Program-made: the position numbers and the translations under genes | Shown: positions 17,975-28,425 of the stretch, one piece after another | Position numbering within the stretch: the first letter of the stretch is position 1 | How the letters are laid out: each line of letters starts with the position of its first letter | Source of the DNA: a bacterium | GTDB lineage: Bacteria > Patescibacteriota > Patescibacteriia > Magasanikbacterales > GWA2-37-8 | Direction of reading: 5' to 3' | Length of the DNA: 58,235 nt | Assembly (NCBI GenBank): GCA_043810165.1 | Contig: JBDROJ010000042.1 | Coordinates: 1-58,235 of the forward strand | The notes under the pieces: generated by a model | What the model was told of the DNA's origin: nothing | The model's input: only the letters and a program-made list of their open reading frames with translations | The model's database searches: none

Positions 17975-18463
17975 ATGTTTAAAAATAAAATCGTTTTTGT
18001 GTTAGCGATTTTTTTATTTGTCATTTTTTTGGTGTTTATAATTCATTTGTGGTTTGTTGGTCAAGAACAAAAATTAAAAAATCTTAAAGCAAGCCGTCTT
18101 GGTTTAGGGGCAATTAGCCATCAATCAAGCACTATTCATAATCAATATACCAGTGAAGATGTGAAGACAATACAAGACCAGGAATATACTTATAAATTGT
18201 TTAGAGATCACCTAAAACAGGGCAAAATTGACCTAGCCTTGAGACTGATGGCACAAAAGAATAGAAAAGAATATGAGAATATCTTCAAGCATGCCCAAGA
18301 GCAGGATAGGTTATATGGTTTGTTTTTATTGCTGGAAGAAGAAATAGTTAAGGACAAAGATAATTGTCTAATCACAAAATGTACTTATATAATGAAAGAA
18401 TCCGGTCGTAAGATTGATTTTGTCAAAGACAATCAGGGTGTTTGGTTAATTTCTAGTTTGTAA
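17975..18463 (+). CDS. Hypothetical protein with N-terminal membrane anchor
   Basis: Strong SD, N-terminal TM, C-terminal IDFVKDNQGVWLI reminiscent of NTF2-like endings. Confidence 0.75.
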   Translation: MFKNKIVFVLAIFLFVIFLVFIIHLWFVGQEQKLKNLKASRLGLGAISHQSSTIHNQYTSEDVKTIQDQEYTYKLFRDHLKQGKIDLALRLMAQKNRKEYENIFKHAQEQDRLYGLFLLLEEEIVKDKDNCLITKCTYIMKESGRKIDFVKDNQGVWLISSL

Positions 18464-18480
18464 TTACTAATTCTAAAAAT

Positions 18481-21400
18481 ATGTATTTAAGGAGGGCAAA
18501 GTACCGTGGTACCATAATTTTTTTGGTTGCATTTTTTATTATTTTACCAAGCCTGGTGCTCATTATCAGTAATCGAGTATATAGTCATGACAGTAATGTA
18601 GTACATCCAGGCATTGTGACTCTGGCAGTTGATTTATATAATGCTAATTTTTCGCAGAAGATAACCAGCCAGCAAGCCAAGTGGATACGGAGCGGGTCTA
18701 TACAAGAGGATACCCCTAATAGATGGTTAAATCATTTTTATGATCCGATTTTTAACAATGGATTTAAGGGGTTATATTTTACAGCCAAGCAATGGGCGCA
18801 GAGTTCTGAAGAGCAAGAAAAGTTTGCTTTGGGAGACAAGACTTGGTCCAGAGCCATTGATTTTTATGTTAAAAATCAAGAAGAACAAGCTTTTACTGCT
18901 TTGGGTCATATTCTGCATCTAATAGCTGATATTAGCGTGCCAGCTCATACTCGTGACGATACACATTTGTTGGGAGATAGTTTTGAGCAGTATTTAAAAA
19001 TTTATTGGGATATTATTTCCAATAATTTAAGTCAACAAATCGGTAAAGCCAGGCCGGATCTGGATTCAATTTTTGATGAACTGGCCACATATTCCAATAC
19101 TGGTTTTTATAGTGATGACAGCATTCAAAATTCAGATTACGAATTGCCGGATTTGAATAAACTACAACTTAGAGATGGCTATTTATATTCTAAACTTGAT
19201 GGCCGCGATTATCGGTTAACACAGGTTAGATCCTCTATATTTTCCAAGAATATGAAAATATATAGCCTGGACAGTCAAGTTTTGCAGGACTATGCAAATC
19301 TACTTTTGCCAAAGGCGGTAAATTATAGCGCTGAAGCAATTCGTTTATTTTTTGCTCAAGCAGAGCAGTCTGGCAGAGTCTCTTTGCCAGAAGCGCAGAT
19401 TTCTTGGCGCGGTTGGATTGATGAAATGGTTGGAAAATTAGTCGGTAGCATGCATGGCTTGACTGACAGGCTTGGTTTATGGCCGATCGTTGCTCACGGC
19501 GGAGGTGATGAAGAAACTATCCAGAGCATAGCCGGCATCAATCCAGTTATAAACCAAAGTCCGTCCACAAAAGAATCTGTTGGTGTGGTTATTAGCACCA
19601 GTACTGAATTTGAAGGCCAATCTTTATATGAAGCAGATGATCCTCTTTATTATATAGTAGATCAATCTCAAGACATCTCTTATCAAGATTTAGATGATCA
19701 ATTTATATTTGTAAATCAGGTTGAGGATCAGGAAATAGATGATGAAATTGGACAATCCGGAGAGATAGATTTGGTTCAAAAACTGGCCTTATCTCAAGAA
19801 GTGGCTTCACCCGGCGGAGTTGATCAAGAACAGATAAATGAGAATAATGATTTGGTTATTCCAGTGATTATAACCGCGCCGGAGTCTCAAGAGACAGTAA
19901 TAGAACAGGTAGTTAGTAATAATAGTGATTCATCATCCTATTCAGGCGTTTCAGGTAATCAACTAGACGGCTCTATTATTGAGGAAATGATTTCAGTAAC
20001 TAATGATACAGGTATTTCTTCTAATTATAGTACTGTCTCTATGGTTGACGCGAGTTTACCAGATGAATCAGATTCTGACCTTCAAATTGAATCGGCTTTG
20101 TCTGCTTCTTCCACAATATTAGTTTTGGATACTGCGACTTCAAGTCCACTGTCTGATTCAGAAGTAGCTTCCAGCACACTGTTGGCCGACATAGATAGTC
20201 TGCCCGTGTCTACTAGTACCCAACCTATAGATATTTCGGACAGTACTTCTACCATTCCGGATTTTGGTTTTCCATTTCCTAGTTCAACTATACCATCTGA
20301 ACCATCTTTGCAGGTGGTGATTAATGAAGTAGCTTGGGCTGGCACGCATGTCGAATATACCAACGATGAATGGATAGAATTATATAATAATACTTCAAGC
20401 ACCATTGACCTGACTGATTGGAAATTATTTGTTAATGGCCAATTGGTAAAGGTAATTGAGTATGGCAATAATTTAATTAAGCCATTTGATTATTATTTGT
20501 TTGAAAGAAGCGACGACGATACTATCAAAGGTATATCTGCAGATGCGATTTTTAGTTTGCAAGGAGGCTTAAAAAATTCTGGAGCAAAACTTGAGCTATT
20601 TGACGCTGATGACCAACCTGTTGATGTGGTAAATAGCGCTCAAGCATGGTTTGCTGGCACAACAGAAGGATATCAAACCATGGAACGGATAGACTCATTA
20701 GAACAGGGAAGTAATATTGATAATTGGCAGAATGGACAAGGCGCTAGAATTACCGGTCGTACTCACCATGGCGCGCCAATTCAAGGTTCTCCAAAAAGGC
20801 CTAATACAGGGTTTGCAACCTTAAATTATGAGCAAGAAGATGATGTCGTGGTTTTAACCAAGAATGAAAATCCCTATTTCTTGGAATTTTATGAGATCCC
20901 GGCTGGTAAAAAATTGGTAATTCAGCCTGGAGTGATAATAAAGAGCTATCGTGCAGATTCCAATATGAAAATTAAGGGCCAATTGGAAATTGTGGGTTCA
21001 GAGTTTGATCCAGTGGTTTTTACTTCTTGGAATGATCCAATTTTGCCCAATGATCCGCTTTTATCATCTGTCGGCACATCCGATGTTCAGCCTCAAGCAA
21101 AAGATTGGCAGGGTTTCAATTTTTTTGCAGGTGCAAAAGCTAAAATACAATACTTGCAAATGAAATATGCGGGCCATGAGTTTGCTCTTGCCAGTTATCT
21201 GCCATCAATAAATTCACAAAGTATCAGGGCTGAACAGGCGGAATTAAATATTAGTAGTTCCAGTTTTTTTGCCAATGGCGAGTATGGATTGTTTTTATCT
21301 TCCTCAACCATTAATTTGAATGGTCTTAAATTTGACGGCGCTGATACGGCCATCAAAGCCGAGGGCGGAATTGTAAAATTAGATGATTTAGAATTTCAAA

Positions 21401-22161
21401 ATATCAGCCATCAGAATGGTCCTTTGCATGTTGTTAAATCTGATTGGCCAGAAATAGGCAAATTGGAATTTGGAATTGATACAGCCAGGTCAATTTTCTT
21501 GGATCAGGTAAGTATTAAAGACAAGCAGGTAGTATTGGAAAATTATTATGATTATGCAATTTTAAGTATGTTTGTTGATTCTTCTTCAACATTGGTGGTT
21601 AATCCCGGATCTAATTTAAATATTCTGCCTTATGGTTTTTTGGAGATTGATGGTGATTTGCAGGCTTTTGGTACTGAAGAAGAGCATATTAGTATTGGAC
21701 AAAACATTGGTTGGGGATATCTATCATTTAAAAATTCAAGCTCTAGCCTACAAAATGTGGATATAATTGGAGGTGGTAGGGACGGTGGTAGGGACGCCAG
21801 TTTGATTATTGAAGATTCGGATTTATTATTGGATAATTGTAAATTATGGAATAGCCGAGCTCCGGGCAGTTCAATTATATCCGTTGACTCTAACTTGAGA
21901 ATTATTGATAGTGAGATAGGCATGGATACCAAATGGAATGATCCACTTTGGCCGGGCATGTCTTTTACCACAGGTATTAGTATTACAGACGGTAAATTAT
22001 ATCTGCAGAACACTAATTTTACCAATTTAAATTTTGGCATTCGCGTTAAAAGAACACAAGAAGAATATCCTGAAATACAGATAAAGGACTTGGGGCCGGA
22101 TAATTTTATCAATGTATATCGCGCTTGGGATCCATGGACTTGGAATAATTTACCTGTCTAA
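18481..22161 (+). CDS. Large exported protein: Zn phospholipase C/P1 nuclease-like domain + acidic S/T linker + lamin-tail domain + beta-helix
   Basis: Signal/TM; H..VH, ED..NHFYDP, LGHILHLIADISVPAH..FE; VVINEVAWAGT..DEWIELYN lamin-tail signature; PVVFTS..DWQG repeats. Confidence 0.75.
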   Translation: MYLRRAKYRGTIIFLVAFFIILPSLVLIISNRVYSHDSNVVHPGIVTLAVDLYNANFSQKITSQQAKWIRSGSIQEDTPNRWLNHFYDPIFNNGFKGLYFTAKQWAQSSEEQEKFALGDKTWSRAIDFYVKNQEEQAFTALGHILHLIADISVPAHTRDDTHLLGDSFEQYLKIYWDIISNNLSQQIGKARPDLDSIFDELATYSNTGFYSDDSIQNSDYELPDLNKLQLRDGYLYSKLDGRDYRLTQVRSSIFSKNMKIYSLDSQVLQDYANLLLPKAVNYSAEAIRLFFAQAEQSGRVSLPEAQISWRGWIDEMVGKLVGSMHGLTDRLGLWPIVAHGGGDEETIQSIAGINPVINQSPSTKESVGVVISTSTEFEGQSLYEADDPLYYIVDQSQDISYQDLDDQFIFVNQVEDQEIDDEIGQSGEIDLVQKLALSQEVASPGGVDQEQINENNDLVIPVIITAPESQETVIEQVVSNNSDSSSYSGVSGNQLDGSIIEEMISVTNDTGISSNYSTVSMVDASLPDESDSDLQIESALSASSTILVLDTATSSPLSDSEVASSTLLADIDSLPVSTSTQPIDISDSTSTIPDFGFPFPSSTIPSEPSLQVVINEVAWAGTHVEYTNDEWIELYNNTSSTIDLTDWKLFVNGQLVKVIEYGNNLIKPFDYYLFERSDDDTIKGISADAIFSLQGGLKNSGAKLELFDADDQPVDVVNSAQAWFAGTTEGYQTMERIDSLEQGSNIDNWQNGQGARITGRTHHGAPIQGSPKRPNTGFATLNYEQEDDVVVLTKNENPYFLEFYEIPAGKKLVIQPGVIIKSYRADSNMKIKGQLEIVGSEFDPVVFTSWNDPILPNDPLLSSVGTSDVQPQAKDWQGFNFFAGAKAKIQYLQMKYAGHEFALASYLPSINSQSIRAEQAELNISSSSFFANGEYGLFLSSSTINLNGLKFDGADTAIKAEGGIVKLDDLEFQNISHQNGPLHVVKSDWPEIGKLEFGIDTARSIFLDQVSIKDKQVVLENYYDYAILSMFVDSSSTLVVNPGSNLNILPYGFLEIDGDLQAFGTEEEHISIGQNIGWGYLSFKNSSSSLQNVDIIGGGRDGGRDASLIIEDSDLLLDNCKLWNSRAPGSSIISVDSNLRIIDSEIGMDTKWNDPLWPGMSFTTGISITDGKLYLQNTNFTNLNFGIRVKRTQEEYPEIQIKDLGPDNFINVYRAWDPWTWNNLPV

Positions 22162-22196
22162 TTAGTCGCATAGTTTGGTTTAGAGGTGGTTTTAGT

Positions 22197-22225
22197 TTGA
22201 CTTTTGTCTAGTTATCATTTAAAAT
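22197..22225 (+). promoter_or_regulatory. Sigma70-type promoter at the start of the glycan locus
   Basis: TTGACT-17 nt-TAAAAT. Confidence 0.55.
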
Positions 22226-22274
22226 AGCCAGAGCTTTTTGAAGTGGTTTTTTAATATTAATTTAGATATTTACT

Positions 22275-24347
22275 ATGAGAAAGAATCTAGAACGGCTGAT
22301 CAAACTATTGGTATATTCCAGTTTTTTTGTACCATTGGTGGTAGTGCCAAGCTCATTTATTTTTCCTTTTATTGTACCAAAAGTTTTGTTGTTTAGGTCG
22401 CTGGTAACGATCATGCTGGTTGCATATATTTTGCTTTTAATCACAAATTGGCAAGCATATAAGCCTAAATTAACAGCTTTAAACATCACCTTGTTTGCTT
22501 TTTTGCTTAGTTTCACCATCTCTACTTTTGTGGGAACCGATCCGTACCATAGTTTTTGGGATAACCACGAACGCATGCTGGGTTTATTTACAATTTTTCA
22601 CTATATTGCTTATTATTTTATTTGCAGTTCAGTATTCAAAGAATGGAAAGAATGGAAGTGGGTTTTGCGAGTCTTTTTATTTGCCGGATCAATTGTAGCC
22701 ATAATTGGATTGGTACAGGTAATTAATCCGGAGTTTTTGCTGAACAAAGGGAGTATAAGAGTATCTAGCACATTGGGCAATGCAATTTACCTTGGAGGAT
22801 ATGGTCTGTTTTTAACGTTTCTTGCATTTTTGTTGTTTGTTAGAGATAACAATAAATATTGGAGAGTTGGGTATTTATTGATGGGGTTGTTATCTATTAC
22901 AGCCACATTTTATAGTGGTACGCGCGGTTCTATGCTGGGTCTATTAGCTGGAGTAGGAGTGCTTTTTATAGGTTATTTTATTATTTTGAAAGAACATAAA
23001 AAAACAAGAATTGCTCTTGGGGCAATTATCGTTCTGGGTATAATTTTGCTTGGAATTTTGTATGCTTACAGGCAGACAGATTTTGTGAAGAACATGCCGG
23101 CAGTTGGGCGCGCTATAAATACTTCTTGGACAGATGTGAAAAATACTCCTCGGTGGATAGCTTGGGAGATATCAATTGAGAGTTGGAAGGAAAGACCTGT
23201 TTTCGGCTGGGGACCGAATAATTATTTTTATGCCTTTAATCTTCATTATAATCCGCGTTCTTTAGAATACGGTTATGGCGAAACTTGGTTTGATAATGCT
23301 CATAATATAATAATGAATACTTTGGCAGTGCAAGGCGCTTTTGGTTTGATCGTTTACCTCTCAATTTTTGTTATTGCGTCCTTCACAATTTGGCAATTTG
23401 CAAGGAAGAAAGATATGAAACACAAGCATCTTTGTGTTGTGTCCATAGCTTTTTTAATGGCTCATCTTGTGCAGAATATAACAGTCTTTGAGAATATTAC
23501 TTCATATTTATATTTCATGTTATGGTTGGCTTTAATAAGTAGTATGGCTGGCAATAAACAGAAAAAAAATAGTGGAAAGACAGTTCCGGACAAACGTATT
23601 GGTTCAGCTTCTTTATTAATTTCCGCATTGGCGATTATACTAGTAATTTATGTTTTTAATATACAACCAGCCAAAGCAAACACTAGAACTTTGATAGCCA
23701 TGAGACTATTAAGCAGTAATCCGGCCAGTGCTTTTAGCCAATTACAACCAGTTTTAGAATCTTCTTCTCCTCATGTGGATGATATTAGATCTGATTTAGC
23801 CAGAACCGTGCATTCGTTAGTTTCGCAATATAGTAATCAAATAGGCAAAGAAGGCAGTCTGAAAGTATTAGATCAAGTTTATGATGCTTTGTATAAGAAT
23901 TTAGAACTTCATCCACTGGATATTCGTAATCATATGGTTTTATCACAAATCGCCCAGACTAAGGCTATTATTATACAAGATCCAGAATATGTTTTTGAGA
24001 GAGAAAAACTGATTGAAGATGCTCTTAAGAAATCTCCCAAGCGTCAGCAAATAATTTATGTCTTGGCCGAAACTAAAATAAGATTGAATAAAAAAGAAGA
24101 GGCCTTTAAATTGTTTGATCAGGCTCTTAGCGATAATCCTAGAATCGGGGAGACCTATTGGAGGATTGCCTATGCTCATATGTTATTTGGTGAATATGAC
24201 AAAGCTCAAGAAGCGCTTGATCTAGGATATAAGAATGGAGCCATTTTTACGGAAAATGACAAAAACGCAATTAAAGAATTATCCGCGTATCCTTCTTTTT
24301 CCGGAGTTTCGGTTGAGTCATCTGTGGTTGCTGAACCGGATAATTAA
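22275..24347 (+). CDS. O-antigen ligase (Wzy_C) family protein with C-terminal TPR-like region
   Basis: Multiple TMs, STLGNAIY, SGTRGS, FGWGPNNY, FDNAHN, helical repeat tail. Confidence 0.87.
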   Translation: MRKNLERLIKLLVYSSFFVPLVVVPSSFIFPFIVPKVLLFRSLVTIMLVAYILLLITNWQAYKPKLTALNITLFAFLLSFTISTFVGTDPYHSFWDNHERMLGLFTIFHYIAYYFICSSVFKEWKEWKWVLRVFLFAGSIVAIIGLVQVINPEFLLNKGSIRVSSTLGNAIYLGGYGLFLTFLAFLLFVRDNNKYWRVGYLLMGLLSITATFYSGTRGSMLGLLAGVGVLFIGYFIILKEHKKTRIALGAIIVLGIILLGILYAYRQTDFVKNMPAVGRAINTSWTDVKNTPRWIAWEISIESWKERPVFGWGPNNYFYAFNLHYNPRSLEYGYGETWFDNAHNIIMNTLAVQGAFGLIVYLSIFVIASFTIWQFARKKDMKHKHLCVVSIAFLMAHLVQNITVFENITSYLYFMLWLALISSMAGNKQKKNSGKTVPDKRIGSASLLISALAIILVIYVFNIQPAKANTRTLIAMRLLSSNPASAFSQLQPVLESSSPHVDDIRSDLARTVHSLVSQYSNQIGKEGSLKVLDQVYDALYKNLELHPLDIRNHMVLSQIAQTKAIIIQDPEYVFEREKLIEDALKKSPKRQQIIYVLAETKIRLNKKEEAFKLFDQALSDNPRIGETYWRIAYAHMLFGEYDKAQEALDLGYKNGAIFTENDKNAIKELSAYPSFSGVSVESSVVAEPDN

Positions 24348-24359
24348 TTAGTGTATTAT

Positions 24360-25415
24360 ATGAAAAAAGCTTTAATAACCGGTATTACCGGTCAAGATGG
24401 GTCATATCTGGCTGAATTGCTTTTGGAAAAAGGCTATGAAGTACATGGGATAATAAGGCGATCTAGTAGTTTTAGCACTGGCAGGATTGATCATATATAT
24501 CAGGATCCGCATGAGGAAAATTGTCGTTTGTTCTTGCATTATGGTGATTTAACTGATGGAAGTAATATTAGCCGTATATTAGAAAAAGTACAGCCCGATG
24601 AAGTGTATAATTTAGGTGCACAAAGTCATGTGAAGGTGAGTTTTGAAATACCAGTTTTTACAGCTAATACTGATGGGCTAGGTGCTTTAAGACTATTGGA
24701 TGCAATTAAAGACAAGGAAATGAAAGTTAAATTTTATCAAGCTGGATCTTCGGAAATGTTTGGCAAAGTTATGGAAACGCCTCAAAAAGAAACAACCCCT
24801 TTTTATCCTCGCAGTCCTTATGGTTGTGCTAAAGTATTTGCTCACTGGATGGCCATAAATTATCGTGAGGCCTATAACATGTTTGTTTGTAATGGTATTT
24901 TGTTTAATCACGAATCTCCTCGTCGTGGCGGAACTTTTGTCACAAAAAAAGTTACAAATGCTTTTGCCAATATTAAACTTGGCAAGCGTGATAAATTATT
25001 TATAGGTAATTTAGAGGCAAAGCGTGATTGGGGTTATGCAAAAGATTATGTGCAAGCTATGTGGTTGATGTTGCAACAGGATCAGCCAGACGACTATGTA
25101 GTAGCCACTGGAGAGAATCATAGCGTGCGCGAGTTTATCGAAGAAACAGCCAAATTATTGGACTATGAAATTGAATGGCAAGGTCAGGGCAAAGAAGAAA
25201 AGGGGATAGACAAAAAAACAGGCAAGGTATTGGTTGAAATTGATGATAAATATTATCGTCCTACAGAGGTGGATAATTTGTTGGGCGATCCTTCTAAAGC
25301 TAAGGAAAAATTAGGCTGGAAACCAAGTGTTGATTTTAAAGGCCTAATAAAATTGATGTTAGAAGCCGAATTTGAACGCGCTGGTTTTAAAGCCAATGAT
25401 TATATGGCTATTTAA
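24360..25415 (+). CDS. gmd: GDP-mannose 4,6-dehydratase
   Basis: [44 protein letters not shown]. Confidence 0.97.
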   Translation: MKKALITGITGQDGSYLAELLLEKGYEVHGIIRRSSSFSTGRIDHIYQDPHEENCRLFLHYGDLTDGSNISRILEKVQPDEVYNLGAQSHVKVSFEIPVFTANTDGLGALRLLDAIKDKEMKVKFYQAGSSEMFGKVMETPQKETTPFYPRSPYGCAKVFAHWMAINYREAYNMFVCNGILFNHESPRRGGTFVTKKVTNAFANIKLGKRDKLFIGNLEAKRDWGYAKDYVQAMWLMLQQDQPDDYVVATGENHSVREFIEETAKLLDYEIEWQGQGKEEKGIDKKTGKVLVEIDDKYYRPTEVDNLLGDPSKAKEKLGWKPSVDFKGLIKLMLEAEFERAGFKANDYMAI

Positions 25416-25426
25416 TCTTTTAATAT

Positions 25427-26374
25427 ATGGAAAAACAAGCAAAAATTTATGTGGCTGGACATAGAGGATTGGTAGGTTCGGCTTTGGTCAGAAAATTAAA
25501 AGGTGAAGGATATAATAATCTTATTTTAAAGACACATAAAGAACTAGATTTATTAGACCAACAAGCCGTGGCTGAATTTTTTGCTGAAGAAAAACCAGAA
25601 TATGTTTTTTTGGCAGCCGCCAAAGTCGGTGGAATCATGGCTAACAATACTTATCCTGCTCAGTTTATTTACGAAAATTTGCAAATTCAAAATAATATAA
25701 TCCATCAATCATATTTAAATAAAGTAGAGAAACTGTTATTTTTAGGCTCATCTTGTATTTATCCGCGTGAGTGTGCTCAACCCATGAAAGAGGAATATTT
25801 ACTTACCGGGATTTTAGAGCCCACCAATGAAGCATATTCTATAGCTAAAATAGCTGGTATAAAGATGTGCCAAAGCTATAATCGTCAATATGGAACAAAT
25901 TTTATCGCTGTTATGCCCGCTAATTTATATGGTCCGGGTGATAATTTTGATCTAAATAGTTCTCATGTGTTACCGGCTTTAATTCGCAAGTTTCATGAGG
26001 CCAAAGTTAATAAGAAGAAAGAAGTTGTAATATGGGGTACAGGCAATCAACGACGAGAGTTTCTGCACGTCCATGATGTCGCCAGCGGTTGTTTATTTTT
26101 GATGGACAATTTTAATCCGGATAAAGAACAAAATGAAGGAGGTAAAATATTTATGAACTTAGGATCCGGAGATGACGTATCTATAAGAGAATTGGCTGAA
26201 TTAATTAAAAATGTAGTCGGTTATCAGGGAGAGATTGTTTGGGATGCTAATAAGCCGGATGGTATGCCACGTAAATTGGTGAGTATAGAAAAAATTAGAG
26301 CAATAGGTTGGGTTCCCAAGATATCGTTGGAGGATGGAGTTAAGACAACCTATGATTATTTTAAAGAAAAGTAG
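25427..26374 (+). CDS. fcl: GDP-L-fucose synthase / ColC-like epimerase-reductase
   Basis: [39 protein letters not shown]. Confidence 0.95.
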   Translation: MEKQAKIYVAGHRGLVGSALVRKLKGEGYNNLILKTHKELDLLDQQAVAEFFAEEKPEYVFLAAAKVGGIMANNTYPAQFIYENLQIQNNIIHQSYLNKVEKLLFLGSSCIYPRECAQPMKEEYLLTGILEPTNEAYSIAKIAGIKMCQSYNRQYGTNFIAVMPANLYGPGDNFDLNSSHVLPALIRKFHEAKVNKKKEVVIWGTGNQRREFLHVHDVASGCLFLMDNFNPDKEQNEGGKIFMNLGSGDDVSIRELAELIKNVVGYQGEIVWDANKPDGMPRKLVSIEKIRAIGWVPKISLEDGVKTTYDYFKEK

Positions 26375-26386
26375 TCAATTGTATAT

Positions 26387-27154
26387 ATGAAAGAAGGTAA
26401 ACAAGTAGATATATCTTCGGATTTTGAAACTAAAAAGACTAATTATTTTGCTCGTTTTGCCTATTCACATTTTGATTCTTTACAGCCTCACGAAAAAGGT
26501 GAGGTCTTGGGTCATAAAGGTGATCTCGAAATTTGGCGTAATGTTTCCGAACACTGTTTGGTTGCTAGCGTATTTGCTGATATTTTAGCTGAAGAATTAG
26601 GGTTAGAAAAAGAGCAACGAGAAGCGGTAGTAGAGGCAGCCATGTTACATGATTGGTTTAAAAAGTATGAGGTAAAGGCTATGGGTGTCGTTGAGAAAGA
26701 GGGAAAATTAGATTTAAGGAAGATGGAAGAAATTAAAAGAGAAGATCAACGTCTTTTGCAGGAAATGGGGATTCCAGAAGATATCATAAATTTAGCGGGT
26801 GCTAATATCCCAGAAACAACTCAAGGACCAAAGACTTTATCAGAAAAAATTATTTGGTATGTGGATGCTATGCTATCAGATACGGAGCCGGTGTCTATTG
26901 CCAAAAGATTTAAGGATTTGAAAATGGGTTGGGACGGGCAAAAGGAAAATCCTGAACGTGCTCGTAGAAATGCTGTTTTTAGCGACCTATACAAGGAAAG
27001 ATATGATGATAAATCATTATTTGAAGTACAACAAGAAGTAGGTGAGAAAATTGGAACAGAATTTAAGAGGTTGCTTAATTATACTGGTGAAGTTGATGAT
27101 CTACCATTTTTTTTGAAAGAAATACTAATAGAAAAAATAAATATCTCTAAATAA
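26387..27154 (+). CDS. HD-domain phosphohydrolase-like protein
   Basis: VSEHC...AAMLHDW...KIIWYVD. Confidence 0.75.
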   Translation: MKEGKQVDISSDFETKKTNYFARFAYSHFDSLQPHEKGEVLGHKGDLEIWRNVSEHCLVASVFADILAEELGLEKEQREAVVEAAMLHDWFKKYEVKAMGVVEKEGKLDLRKMEEIKREDQRLLQEMGIPEDIINLAGANIPETTQGPKTLSEKIIWYVDAMLSDTEPVSIAKRFKDLKMGWDGQKENPERARRNAVFSDLYKERYDDKSLFEVQQEVGEKIGTEFKRLLNYTGEVDDLPFFLKEILIEKINISK

Positions 27155-27159
27155 TTTTT

Positions 27160-28332
27160 ATGATAAAATTAATCAAATCTAGTTTTTACCAGGGTGACAT
27201 AATTAGAAAGAAATTGGCCGAGTTTATTTTAAGTTCAGACATGTTTAGTATGGGTCATTACTGTCAATTATTTGAAAAGAATTTTGCTGCCAAACAAGGT
27301 AGAGAATATGCAGTTTTTGTGTCTAGTGGCAGTATGGCTAATTTAATTTTGGTTCAGTCTTTCTTGAATGCTGGTTATTTAAAGAAAGGGGATAGGGTAG
27401 GCGTATCAGCTCTGACTTGGTCTACAAATATAATGCCCTTGATTCAACTTGGTTTGGAGCCGGTTTTATTGGATTGCGAATTACATAATTTGAATGTTTC
27501 TAAAAATATTTTAGCTAAGACTCATGAGGAGGTGCCACTTAAGGCATTGTTTATTACTAATGCTTTGGGTTTTTGTGCTGATTTAGATGAGATAGGTAAA
27601 TATTGCCAAGAAAATAATATATTATTACTCGAAGATAATTGTGAATCACTCGGGTCGAAAATGGCCGGTAAATTATTAGGAAATTTTGGCGTTGCCTCTA
27701 CTTTTTCAACATATATAGGTCATCATTTGTCCACTATTGAAGGTGGTGTAGTATGTACTGATAATAAGGAAATATATGAGATGTTACTACAGGTAAGGGC
27801 GCATGGTTGGGATAGGAATTTACCCATTGAATCACAAAATAGATTGCATAAACAGCATGATATAACTGATTTTAAATCAAAATATACATTTTATGACTTG
27901 GCGTATAACGGTAGGCCGACTGAAATTAATGGTTTTATAGGTAATATACAATTACAATATTGGGATGAAATCGTAGACAAGCGCTCTAGGAATTTCATGA
28001 GTTTTCAACAATTAAGCTTAGAAAATCAGGATTTATTACCGTTAGACGTCTCGCATATGGATTTAGTATCTAATTTTGCTATGCCACTTGTATTTAAAAC
28101 TCACGATTTAAGTGAAAAATACAAGTCCAATTTTCAAGAAGAAGGTGTAGAAATAAGGCCGGTAATAGCTGGAAATATAGGTAATCAGCCATTTTTTGAG
28201 AAGTATGTAGAACATACATATCCATGTCCAAACGCGGATTTAATAGAACAACAAGGTTTTTACTTTGGCAACAATCCAGAAATGACTGAACAAGAGATCG
28301 AAGCGTTGTGTAATTTAATATCTTGGCGTTAA
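27160..28332 (+). CDS. DegT-family PLP enzyme, ColD-like GDP-4-keto-6-deoxymannose 3-dehydratase
   Basis: VSSGSMAN, EDNCESLG, STYIGHHLSTIEGG (His where aminotransferases have Lys), RAHGW, RPVIAGN. Confidence 0.8.
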   Translation: MIKLIKSSFYQGDIIRKKLAEFILSSDMFSMGHYCQLFEKNFAAKQGREYAVFVSSGSMANLILVQSFLNAGYLKKGDRVGVSALTWSTNIMPLIQLGLEPVLLDCELHNLNVSKNILAKTHEEVPLKALFITNALGFCADLDEIGKYCQENNILLLEDNCESLGSKMAGKLLGNFGVASTFSTYIGHHLSTIEGGVVCTDNKEIYEMLLQVRAHGWDRNLPIESQNRLHKQHDITDFKSKYTFYDLAYNGRPTEINGFIGNIQLQYWDEIVDKRSRNFMSFQQLSLENQDLLPLDVSHMDLVSNFAMPLVFKTHDLSEKYKSNFQEEGVEIRPVIAGNIGNQPFFEKYVEHTYPCPNADLIEQQGFYFGNNPEMTEQEIEALCNLISWR

Positions 28333-28338
28333 TTAGAC

Positions 28339-28392
28339 TGTGGATAAGTAATTTATTTAGTTTTGACACCCAATGACCCTTTGTGGTATTAT
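28339..28392 (+). promoter_or_regulatory. Reverse DnaA box plus internal promoter
   Basis: TGTGGATAA at 28339-28347; TTGACA(28363)-18 nt-TATTAT. Confidence 0.55.
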
Positions 28393-28425
28393 ATGACATA
28401 TATTAATATGTCTTTTTTTAATAAT

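Noticed and set aside
21772-21795. 12-bp tandem duplication GGTGGTAGGGAC x2
   Set aside because: Only two in-frame units; ordinary micro-duplication.
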